Shown: in pieces, positions 1 through 11,600 of the stretch
Numbering within the stretch: the stretch's first letter is position 1
How the letters are laid out: every line of letters begins with the position of its first letter
NCBI RefSeq assembly: GCF_011386835.1
Contig: NC_088792.1
Span: forward strand, 167,834,001 to 167,898,000
Reading direction: 5' to 3'
Source of the DNA: Chrysemys picta bellii
Lineage: Eukaryota
DNA length: 64,000 nucleotides
Translations under genes and position numbers: made by a program
The notes under the pieces: generated by a model
Told to the model about the DNA's origin: nothing
Seen by the model: the letters and a program-made list of their open reading frames with translations, nothing else
The model's database searches: none

Positions 1-3000
1 ATGAAAAAAATTATGGGCCAGATCCTTAGCTGGTGTAACTCAGTGTATAGCTTTATTGACATCACTGGAAGAATCCACAGTGAGGATCTGGCCCTACAAT
101 TGTAAAGTTAGAAGATGCTTTGGAAAATTTGCCCTCCTTCCTCCCGCCCCGTTTCTTCCTGACTAAAAACGCTCAGAAAGTTCTAGAATACATTTTTCAG
201 AGTGGCAGACTTCGTTTTTTGGGCTCAGTTTGGATTAACAAAGTTTACATCTGGAATTCAGAGCCCGCTGCACTACCCAAATGGGGTGCAATCCAAGTAC
301 TTAAAGGTGCAAGTGTTAAACTTTGCTCAGTTTCCCCCTCCCGCTCCCAGAGTCGAAAGTGTGGCTAGCCACTGTGGTCCTCAGTCTATCTAAATATATA
401 GCTGAGTGTCATAACTAAATGCAGGGGGTAGGGTAGAGGGGGGATGAAAACCTCACACTGGAAGTGTGACCTTTGGATACTTGCATTTTTGCCTTTGAAA
501 AAGCTAAAAGAGTTAAAAAGGATCACCAGCTCTACTGGAGATGGGAGCTGGGCTCTTCGACCTGACTTCTGTACAGTGCGAGTAGTGTATGACACCAACC
601 TGTCTCATATCACTGTGTCACCATTCAGTCTGCCAGCACAGAAGGAAAAATACAAGAGACTATCAGGGGAATGCGTGTAGGGGTGGACTAAGGAGTAAAC
701 TGCTGTTTAAACAGGTTTATAAGGAACGTGATTATATTTCTTTTTAACAGTCTTTTAAAAAGGCTTTTAGAGAGCAGTTCCCCCTTCCCCATAGTGCTGT
801 CAATTGGCAGATGCCTCTGGGAGAGTGGGATGGGGGGGAAGCGGAGGACCTCCCACTTTAAAAGGCTCTTAAATGACATTGTTAAAATTTACAGCCACAT
901 TGTTTAAAAACCATTTCAGGAGCAGTTTCTCATCCTTACCCCACAGCCTGCTCTCACCTGCCAATCTTTTCTTTTAATAGGCTGTATTCTGCCAGCCTCA
1001 GTGGTGACATGGCAGCACCTGACTTGCTGGCTGGCATTTTGCATTATTTAATATACTGATATCAACATGGGGAGTAGGAAGAGTCTACACAAGGCATTTT
1101 ACCAACAAGTCCCCTGCTCACATGCAGTCCAGTTCAGATGCAGATGACCAAAAGCCACTACCAGCTGATGGCTGTTCAGGGGATTATGTGAAAGCAATTA
1201 GTGGTTTCAATCTATTTCTTAATGCAAAGGTGTCCATCACAAATGCCTTTAATTAGCACCTTTTGGGGGTAGTCTCAGAGAGGATAAAAACTGAAAGGCG
1301 TGGGGTACAGAGCTACCATCTTGCCCCAGACACACTCCTGCAGAACAGGGTGGTGGCACCTAGGCAAGCTAATGTGAGGAAACATAAATAGAGGTCTTCA
1401 AACCCCAGGGCTGTCAGTCTGCTACATTGCACAATCATTACACCAGTGGGGGGGGGGGGGGGGAAGAATGTTGATGCCAGACCAGATTCTGATTTACAAG
1501 GATACATGAGAGGGAGAGATTCCTGAATATCTGCGGTTCTGTTCAGAATAGGGAGTTATTTAAAGGGGCCATTTATTCATTACATCTCAGAAGAGGAGAC
1601 TATCACGGGAGCAAATCTACTTTTCCTATTCTCCAGTCATGCAGGTGAAAGACCTGCACTAAGTATACCCAAGGATACTGGAGCACATTTTCAAGTGTGC
1701 CCTTTAAACATGTGCTTGTGAGATTTCATGGTGGGAGGTACAGCAGGTCATGATTTTGTAAGCACAGACTTAGAGGCCAATTTTGAAAGTGCGAGCTAAT
1801 AATGTAGCGTTCAATCATGTAGGTCCTTACTCTTCTGAATAATTCTTACTCAAGTTCTGTTCTAACAAAAGACATTTTTTTCACTTTAAACCCTCACATG
1901 TCATAAGAAGTTGTTGAATTACATGAAGCAGCTGGAGCTTCCTTTTCCACTGAAGCCAGCAGGAACTATTCATATGAGGAAAGTTTTGTGGGCTCAAATC
2001 TTAATGTTTGCAAATACAGTTATCTTAAGATCTAGGAGTGGGGGATTTTATAGGGGCATTGCCGTGGAGAGAAAAAAAATCGCATTGCATGCATACACTA
2101 TTAAATAGAATGGTATCTAATTTCTAAATTCTCTTTCTCGGTGTCACACACTTTTCTTAGCTTTCTTCCACTGTCCTCTAACTGAGATACCCTAGCATCC
2201 TTACATTGAGCTAAATTCCACCCTTAGGGCCACGTCATCTGGTGTAACAGCAAAGAGCAAATGGAGACTATAAAGCTATGATCTGACCCCTAGTCAGGGA
2301 TGTATAGTTTCTGGTGAAGTCACTGGGCCTAGATTCTGATCTCAACACTAGTTTTACACTGTTTTAACTCCATTGAGTAAAATCATGGCCAAAAGTGAAG
2401 TCAATGGCAAAATACCCACTGACTTCAACCAGGCCAGGATTTCACCCATTGACTTCAGTAAAATGGGGATAGTGATAGTAATCTCCTTTATAAGTGCTTT
2501 AAGATCAACTGTGTATGAGGTAGGTATTGCTTATTAACACCACCGATGGGAGGGGATTTTTACTTAGATTTTTTTTTACTTTCCAAAAGCATTGATTTCA
2601 TTTTTCTTATTCATTTACAGTCCATTACACATATTTCATTCAGTATTACCAGCTCTCACAATTTTACTTCAAGTCTCACAACATTTGTTTTTCTTAAAGC
2701 CCCATCTCCTGGAGTGATGCGATTTATCTTTCATTTAAAATAAAAGAAGTTTCTAGCCCTCATGATTGAAGAAAAGCTTGAAAATGTGAACCTTACAAGC
2801 TAGCAAATAAAAAAGAACCCAACCTTTATTAATTAAAAACAAATATTCTTTTTTTTTTGTTCCTTTTGATTTGGGATCTTTTAGGGCCTAACTCCTGATT
2901 TTTTAGCACATCAGTTGGCAATCCTATTAATTTGTTTTGATCATTGATGAATTCCTGACTATGTCATATTTAGTATAACAGCAAGGTTTCCTTTGAACTG

Positions 3001-3886
3001 ACTAGTTACATACAAGAATTTGTAACCTTGCAGTCTCCATTTTGATTGCCTCACAGTCTTGTGCATGTAAATTTACACTCGTGTTCCAGACATCTGGATT
3101 TCATGGTCACAAGTAGTTAACAAGGAGGAAAGTGCAGTAAAGAAAGATGAATGCTAATAACAATAACACTTAGTACTTACATCGCTCTGCGCAGTCCAAG
3201 TGCTTTTCAAACAGTAGCTAATTATGATATGTAAAAATAATGATATGTTCAATGTCTAAAGGATGATGGTTAATTAGGAGGAAAGAATGTTAAAGGTGAC
3301 TAGAGACATTTTTAATGTACTGTAACAGTGATAAGTGTTGATCTCTTATAGAGAAGTTATTAGGGACTTGTTTATTTAAAAAAATAATTACTAGAATGAC
3401 GACATGTTCATATTTGAAAGAAATTGCACATTTCACAAATAAATAAACCTAAATCCACTCTTTTGGAAGAAAAATAAAGTCTTTGGCCTATATGTCTAAG
3501 GAAATACCAAGGTGCAAATGAAGGGAATTTGGCCCTGTATCTGTTCTTTGAACCCTGTAACAATAGATGTAATGTGGAATTCCCATGGAGAAAAAAGTTT
3601 ATCTTGTATAGAAAGTTTGTCCATAAAAGTAAAATTGGGTTTCATATATTCATTATGTTGCATTTTAATAGGAAGACATGAAATCCCATCCATTTCTATT
3701 AAACATATTCCTCTTATTTGTAGGATACAGCTACAAGTAGAGAGTTAAAAATCAGACCTGAGACCACCTTGTAAAATATTGACTCCAATTATATACTGTT
3801 TAGGCTCTTCTCCCTGTAGAACCACAAAATAATACAGCCTGTTTCAGGAGGTTTTTGGTGTTGCTTGAAAGACTCCTATCCTCTAA

Positions 3887-4115
3887 GGACTTGTCTACAC
3901 TGTGGGGTAATGTGTGGTAACATGTTGCACATCAGTTGATCAATGTAGAATCTGCTTGTGTGCACCAAGTTTTGCCTAGTGCATGTTAAATTGCATTAGG
4001 GAATGATTAGAATGCACCAGCAGGGTCTACGTGGACTAATTAAAGTGCAACATCTTGATGTGCTTCAGAAATCAGACCCTGATAGTATGCATTAACCCAC
4101 TGTGTAGACAAGCTC
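3887..4115. mobile_element. PIF/Harbinger-like MITE
   Basis: Termini ggacttgtctacac ... gtgtagacaagc (inverted repeats typical of this MITE class). Confidence 0.6.
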
Positions 4116-5550
4116 TTATAGACATGACAGCACTACCACCATGGCCATCTTTAGTCCAGATTCATCCCTGCTCTGGTTGAGGAATGTTGTGTCCTCACTT
4201 CAGTGGACTGCTGCAGAGGCACAGAATCACTGGAGCACAAGGCTACCTTGACCACATCTCCTCCTGCCCGTGATATGCCCCTGCACTACACTTAGTTGCA
4301 GGATTCCAACAGGAGTAACTTGGCTAGACACAAAGGCTCCCTGTATCCATGACTCCTCTGGAAGGGATATACCTACAGGCCCACAGACCTCCCCTTCCTC
4401 CACCCACAGTGTTCTCCTCGGCCCTGGCTTTGCACCTACTCTATGGCCCCCTTGTCCAGTTTAGCTGGTGCAAGAAGGTCTGTAGGGCAACAGTAAATTG
4501 TATCCTTAGTCTTTTACATGCTGATAAGCAAAGGAGGGGTGGGAGCTAGAGAACCCTGTGAAATGGACCTGTGTTTAAAGAAAGTTGACTGGCAGTGGTG
4601 GAATTTTCTCTTGCACATTTCAGGATACAAAGATAAAATTCCTATCTCTGCTGCTCTGCTCAGATTGCTTTGTGGAGTCATCTTGTATTTTCTCCTTGAA
4701 GAACGTGAGGTCACAAAAATTAATTGGTAAACACACTAATAAACATTAGGATTGAAGGGGGGAGGAGGGGAAGCAGCTTCATAAAATGAGCCAGATTGCA
4801 AGTTACTGGTAGGAGACTATTTTCTGCTCTCCCTGAAATGGAAAAAATAAAAATAAAAATAAAAATCTTTTCTTAAAAACTTCATTATTTGTGGAGTTTT
4901 TTCTATGGGTTTTAGGATTTTTAAGAAAAAAAAAAACAACTTGAAAAACTAGTACTCCTTTGCAGTGGATTTCTAGATTTACTTTACGGTGATGATCCAC
5001 ATTTCAGTGTCCATTTATTAAAAATGTAGCTGATTAAAATGAAGTGGTGGCAGACTTCTTTGGTAAAATATAAACATTTTAAAATCCTACAATAAAATGG
5101 TGTAGTATTTAATTCAGATTACAGTGTATGAGGTACTTATCTTGTGATCTATCGGCTGGAATAGCAGACCTGATCAAGTCTTTATCATTTTGTAATGCTC
5201 TCCCCCACTAGTGGGTAGAGGACTAGAAACAAAGAGGCTGTGACTAACCACTGCATCCAGCATGCAGCTACACAATCCCTTTGCCCTCTGTGTGTCCTGA
5301 GGAATCAGTGCTTAGTAGATGCATGCATTAATGCAGATGAAAGAGTTGGGAGCATGAGCTCCGTGTCTCCTTTCGAAGCTTCACTTGACCTGACTGCTGT
5401 AGATCAATTTGGGCTGACTTGTCCTTTCTTCAGGCTTAGTTAGGGCAGAACAGAGAGCTTCTAAAGGAGAAAGCAGTATAGGGCACTCAAGCCCCTATGT
5501 AAAAAAGAACAGGAGTACTTGTGGCACCTTAGAGACTAACATTTATTAGA

Positions 5551-5590
5551 GCATAAGCTTTCTTTGGCTACAACCCACTTCTTCGGATGC
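5551..5590 (-). ncRNA. Degenerate minimal hammerhead motif (PLE type)
   Basis: Reverse complement reads GCAT-CCGAAGA-AGTGGGTTGTAGCCAAA-GAAAGCTT-ATGC; stem II is disrupted (GCCAAA instead of GCCCAC). Confidence 0.5.
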
Positions 5591-5817
5591 ATATAGAGTG
5601 AAACATATATTGAGGAGATATATATATACACACACACATACAGAGAGCATGAACAGGTGGGAGTTGTCTTACCAACTCTGAGAGGCCAATTAAGTAAGAG
5701 GAAAAAAAACCTAATTGGCCTCTCAGAGTTGGTAAGACAACTCCCACCTGTTCAGGCTCTCTGTATGTGTGTGTATATATATATATATATATCCTCAATA
5801 TATGTTTCACTCTATAT

Positions 5818-5857
5818 GCATCCAAAGAAGTGGGTTGTAGCCCACGAAAGCTTATGC
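5818..5857 (+). ncRNA. Degenerate minimal hammerhead motif (PLE type)
   Basis: GCAT-CCAAAGA-A-GTGGGT TGTA GCCCAC-GAAA-GCTT-ATGC; the core carries G5>A relative to the 54113 copy. Confidence 0.55.
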
Positions 5858-6200
5858 TCTAATAAATTTGTTAGTCTCTAAGGTGCCACAAGTACTCCTG
5901 TTCTTTTTGAGGATACAGACTAACACGGCTGCTACCCTGAAATATGTAAAAAAGGGCCATAAGTGGGAACAAAGTGTGACATCATGGACGACAAGGGAAA
6001 AAGGTAATTGGCCGCTGAGTTCCTAGTTATTAAACAGACTTCAGAAACACTGATGAATAGGCCAGCTCCAAGAGCTAAAATGTATAGCATTTTTATGCTT
6101 GCACCTCCCACATGACTAAGATGTATTTGGCTGGAGTGAACTTAAACTTGACATTTTTCATGATAAGGATTGCACACAAGTGATCCCTCACCCACTAGTG

Positions 6201-6665
6201 CAGGGGTGGCCAACCTTAGCCTGAGAAGGAGCCAGAATTTACCAATGTACATTGCCAAAGAGCCACAGTAATAAGTCAGCAGCTCCAGCGCCTCCCGCCC
6301 ACTGGTGCCTCCCCCTCCCTATCAGCCGTTTCGTGACATGCAGGAGGCTCGGGGGGAGGGGAGAGGGAGCAGTGAGGGCATGGCAGGCTCAGGGGAGGGG
6401 GCGGGAAGGGTGGAGTGGGGGCAGGGCCTGTGGCAGAGCCAGGGGTTGAGCAGTGAGCACCCCCCAGCATGTTGGAAATTTGGCGCCTATAGCTCCAGCC
6501 CGGGAGTCGGTGCCTATATAAGGAGCCACATATTAACTTCTGCAAAAAGAACAGGAGTACTTGTGGCACCTTAGAGACTAACAAATTTATTAGAGCATAA
6601 GCTTTCGTGGACTACAGCCCAGAAGAGCTGCACGTGGCTCCAGAGCCACAGGTTGGCCACCCCTA
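6201..6665. mobile_element. hAT-type MITE containing a nested PLE fragment
   Basis: TIRs caggggtggccaacc / ggttggccaccccta; 8-bp TSD cactagtg (6193-6200) and ccctagtg (6666-6673), 7/8 identical. Confidence 0.85.
6543..6621 (-). mobile_element. PLE 3' fragment inserted in the hAT MITE
   Basis: caaaaagaacaggagtacttgtggcaccttagagactaacaaatttattagagcataagctttcgtggactacagccca matches the other PLE copies and is truncated within hammerhead stem II. Confidence 0.85.
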
Positions 6666-7961
6666 CCCTAGTGTATACTTCCAGTGTGGCTGATTATTAA
6701 GTTGTTATTATTATTTTTAAAGAAGTGGTAGCGGTAGAAACCCAACTCAGTAGTATAGAACAACCCCCTCCCTCCAAATCACAATTTCTTGTTAAAGCAA
6801 AGCTACAATTCAAATTTGCAGTAAAACAAAATTAATAAAATCATATGAGAAGGAGCTTCTGATCCTCTTCTGTATTTATAATTCAGACAACCTAGACAAA
6901 TGTTGCTGATTCTGAAGTTGGCAATGTAGTTGACCGTCCATTCAGCTGGCCATTGTTTAAAGGGCATTTGACACTGAGTTACATAGGGCCCAGTCCTGCA
7001 AGACACTGAGCCTCCTTTGCTCCCATAAGCATCCATAAGAATCAAGGGTGCTCAGACCCTTACAAGTTTGGACTTTTATGTGATGATGTAGCTGGAATGC
7101 TGACTGGATTCTTTGTCCTCTTCTACCATAGAGAAATTGGAACATTTTCAACCAGCTCTAATGTTGACATTCAGAGTCCTGTCAGTGGCATAACTTACAA
7201 GTGATATTTGATGAAGTTTACCACAGTATATACTGTGTAGTAGTGGATAGTGCAGTTTAGGCTGCAAACTACTGCTGTGCTAACCTCCTGTTTTTACTCA
7301 CAGCTTTCTGAAACAATAAGCTTTTTAAACTGAAGTTTTTATGCTTGATACGGTCCTAAAACCATGGAAACTATCATATAAATATACACCACACAAGATC
7401 TAGATACGTAGGTGGATAGATAAAGTCTGTATTATGCTAACTGGATGAAATAAATAGTTAACTTTCTAAAACACAATCTTAAGAAAACGATGGTAAACAG
7501 AAGGTGTTTACATCCAGGAGACTAGGGTAATACATTTATCAAGAAAGAAAACCCAAAGATAAGGTAAAAGAAAACAAATATGCTGAACAAAATTGGGATG
7601 ATTTAAAAAACGAAATCTATGATAAAAAAAATATCTGTATGCTAATCCTAATGTTTTCAAATGGAACAACAGTATGGAGAGGAAAAAATCCACATTTAAA
7701 AAGAAGTGTGCAGCAAACAAAAATAATTATGAATGGAAAGATCATCATGAAATAAGAAGCAGATTGAATGTGTGTGTTCTTTAACAGTGAGGAATTTGTC
7801 AGTGTAAAGTTACGTTCAGCAGTGTGACTATTATAATTAAAGAATATGTCTACTTAGGCAAGATGTTTAAAGCCATCTTGTTAACACAGAGATAACCTGT
7901 TAAAATACTTATTATAATGAGAGAAAATTGTACTTTTCCTCTACTTTCAGCTTCCTTTGAA

Positions 7962-8657
7962 TGGTCTAATACATTTAATTGCTCATGTCTCTTCCAGGGA
8001 ATGTTTGCTAGTGTCACTATTGATGTAAATACCAAGATGATGGGTGTCTTAGGGCTTAGAAAACACTAGACACACAGAAAACAAGCCTATATGCTTCAAG
8101 CCAGTGGATGTTTGGTTATTAGTTTGAATAGGAGTCAGACCAGACATGAGAAAGATGAGTAGATCTCTAGTTTGCCATGAAATATGCAAAGCAAGGCAAA
8201 CATCTTTCACACCTCTAAATTTTGGAAATCGTTTAAGATTGACTTATAGTTACAAACACATCATATTACTGCATTATAGCATGGATAAAGATATGTTGTT
8301 GTCAGATTCATTTGATAGCAAACAAACAATTATAACTGTTTTGCAGCTATTAAAATTGTTTGTAACCATAAGTCAATCTTAAATGATTTCCAAAATTTAG
8401 AGGTGTGAAAGATTTTTGCCTTGCTTTGCATATTTCATGGCAAACTAGAGATCTACTCATCTCTCTCATTTCTGGTCTGGTCTGACTCCTATTCAAACTA
8501 ATAACCAAACATCCACTGGCTTGAAGCATATAGGCTTGTTTTCTGTGTATCTAGTGTTTCTAAGCCCTAAGACACCCATCATCTTGGTATTTACATCAAT
8601 AGTGACACTAGCAAACATTCCCTGGAAGAGACATGAGCAATTAAATGTATTAGACCA
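7962..8657. repeat. Long inverted repeat of unique sequence (arms 7962-8258 and 8357-8657, 98-bp spacer)
   Basis: Manual alignment: about 6 substitutions, one 5-nt insertion and one 1-nt deletion over about 297 bp; no TSD. Confidence 0.95.
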
Positions 8658-11600
8658 ATAACTTTCAAAAAAGTCTTGACCATGACTGGCCCTGATCTTG
8701 CAATACTTGCATATAAGGATATTTCTGCAGGAATGGTCCCAATGCAACTACTTATATGCATAAGTATTTGTAGGATTTGGGTCTAAAAGGTGAATTACTA
8801 TGAAAAGGTTTGAGGAGAATCTGTTCAGTCATTTTTGAATTATGCAAGGCTTAAACAAACAAAAAACCCACTTTTCTTTCCCTACAGATGGCTGAACTTT
8901 GAAACATTGCAGTTAAACATTGAGGTGTATGTCCATAATAAAAACCTGAGAAGAATTTGCTAGTTAGTAATAAATTTATAAGCAACTGAGAAGTCACGTC
9001 TGGGCTTGCTTTGTAGGCACTTGTTAAGATTTTTAGCTGATCTCAATACCTTATCTTTCCCTCCCTCTCCACTCTCTATGTGAGATCACAGTGCAACTTC
9101 TGTTGTCCATTATAGCTACCTTATTTGTTACTGATGGGACAGTTTACATAAGGTTATATTAGGAAAAGGAAAAAAATCATGAGCATAGAAAAATGCAGCT
9201 CTTTGGATTGTATGCTCTTTCCATAGTTTTCATTCTATTACGGAATATTTTGTAAAAACAATTTTAAGTTTCTCTCTTAGTTGTTGAAGTGCAGTCACCA
9301 CATATACAAAGAGGTGCTGTGGCCCTGTCCTATATCTCTAGGTTTCCAGCACTTCGGTCATCATGGTAGTCATGCTGTTAACCCAACCTTACGGAGTGCA
9401 TCCAGCCAAACAACAGTATAAGCAACCGTATGAATTAGTCCGCTCCATGCCTCATTCATTTTAGTGAAACGGAATCTGTTCCCATCCCTCTACCATACTG
9501 TTTGTCACAGTGAAAGTGAACTTTTGAGCCTAATCCTGATCAGATAAAGACTCACAATAGTAACCACATGTCTCCTTTAAGAACAACAATGAAAACACAA
9601 ATGCAGAGTACTAGGTCAGTCAGTGTTACGGTTGTACAATGTAATTTAAAAAACAAGTCAGGAAATGCAAAACTTGAATATCTGACAGCCCCGGTGCAGA
9701 TGTGATTTTTGCATCATGCAAGACTAAAAGGCAATAAATTTCTTTTCCCAGTGTTAAACTTATTGACGTCTTTTTTCCTCTGATAGATAACTCAAAAATA
9801 GCTGACCTTTGGAACATGCCATGTAAAGAGGAAGGTATGCATTTCATATGCATTAAACAAGATAGAAAAAGTGTAGCAGAAATAAACAAGATACACATGT
9901 AACTAGACAAACAGGAATAGAAAAGTACCTCATGCCATGCTAAAGTTACTTTTTGTAAATATAATTTATCCTCTTGATTCTCTTCTGCTATAGCTGCCTT
10001 TTCATCGTATAGTAACTTGTGTTCTGGCCTCTTAAAATTATCGACTTTGACACCAAAGATCAATTTTTCTGCTTTTCAGAGTCCACTCATTACCATTTAT
10101 CAGTTATTTCTGGCTGCTCACTTTTGTTTTAGGCTACTTAATTGGAAATAGTTAATTGGCCTGGGTGTCTTACGGCAGGGAAAATAATGAGTCTTAAGCA
10201 GTACTAAGCTCCCATAAATATTTCACTTCATGCTAATTTCTGTGCTTCCAGCTGAGTTGTTTGAAGTGCTCAAAAAGCTTTTTTGTTCACAATTAAATAC
10301 ATAACTAAAAAAAATAAACGTGCTGTCACATTTAAGTGTGTATATTATATCTCAGTGAGGGATCCAATTCTTTATTTAAGATTGACAGTCATTTCACATC
10401 CATAATCAAATTATTTGTGTATCTGTGTGCCCCGCTAAAGCTCCGATTCTTGAAATGCCCATGGACAGGCTCTGACTAGAAGCCTTGTCCTTTGAGCGTA
10501 GCTGTTTGGAAAGCCTCGAGCTCCCTCAAGTGGACAAATGTTGGTGATTGTGCCTTAATGAACGGAAGCCTCTATCTGTCCTCTTACTCAGTGGGAAAAT
10601 GCTTCTAGCAACATGCCTAAAGCTTTGCACAAGGAAATTAAAGTTAGAGAGGTTCTCCTTTTGCACTTACACACAAACTAAAGAGATGCTGTCATTATAA
10701 AATGTGGTGGGTTTTCCTTTTACTTCTTCACTGTTTTTTAATAAAAACAAATTGATTTCTTTGCTAGTTTACCTCTGTATTTAATATATTCTCCCCCACC
10801 CAAACATGCATGCTCTGTATATTTTAATGAAGAAGTACAAGAGAGAAGAGGGGAGTTTAGAGAAATACAGGTTCTACCAGTGCATCCGTGGTAGGTAGTA
10901 TATACACAGGGTATTAAAGACTGTAGGGCTGTCAATCCAGACAGTGAAAACTGCAACATGGTTCAACCTAGTAACCAGCATGAGAAAGGAAGAATGCCCA
11001 CTCCTGAATTTCTCCCAACAGGATATTAACAACTCCCCTAGGCTATTTAGTTGGTGTTACTCATCCTGTGGAGGCACTGAGATTCAGACCCTGGGTTCTC
11101 AGCAATATGTAGCCATGTCCAGCCTACAGAGCAAAGCGTGGGAGGGAGAAGTATGAATGCCGTGTAGGTGGCAAAGCGAAGGGCATTCCCAACCAGGAAT
11201 GGCCCAGGAAACAAACAGAACATGGAGTAAAGAACATAAAAATCCCATGGGTGACTGTGGGGTCCTCCCATGTGATTTACATGACTTACCATATCCTGTG
11301 GGTGTACGAGAAGATTCTGGTGTGCTAAAATGATAGCACACTGTAGAGGTAGGGACCTGAAAACACCACAACAGCACCCAAGGGCACGGGACACTCATCA
11401 TCAACACTCCTAATGTTAGTACACAACAGCAGCTGTGGTGACACAGAACCTGCTACACACGTGTATCAGATGCCTTATCACCCTGGCTGAGGGCATGAAG
11501 GTCCCTGACCAGAGGCCACAAATGTCAGTACCACGTATAGGATGCAGAGAAAGACCAGCATATAAGGACTCTCTGGTGAAAAGAAAGCTTCATGCAGGCA

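Larger units (their letters stand above)
5502..5942. mobile_element. Penelope-like element 3' repeat as a head-to-head inverted pair
   Basis: Left arm 5502-5692 is the reverse complement of right arm 5712-5908, with a 19-nt spacer. The right arm carries the full 3' tail (gatacagactaacacggctgctaccctgaaa). It matches the GIY-YIG-linked copy at 53688-54200. Direct repeat tatgtaaaaaag at 5496-5507 and 5943-5954. Confidence 0.85.

Noticed and set aside
15-93. Many hairpins of about 80-100 bp (also 8690-8785, 30070-30135, 37620-37690, 38905-38995, 52190-52270)
   Set aside because: They share gggccagat.../cattgacttcaatg motifs of abundant short palindromic MITEs and are decayed; not CRISPR-like arrays or miRNA genes on present evidence.
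1447-1462. Long poly-G/poly-C runs (also about 16785, 18089, 22745, 39888)
   Set aside because: Simple homopolymers, error-prone in sequencing; no further structure.
2640-2900. Similarity to 21025-21280 in opposite orientation
   Set aside because: Highly diverged; best explained as two old copies of a dispersed repeat rather than a local templated duplication.
9626-10063. 145-aa minus-strand ORF
   Set aside because: No recognisable motif, no splice context and no ATG start; compatible with chance.
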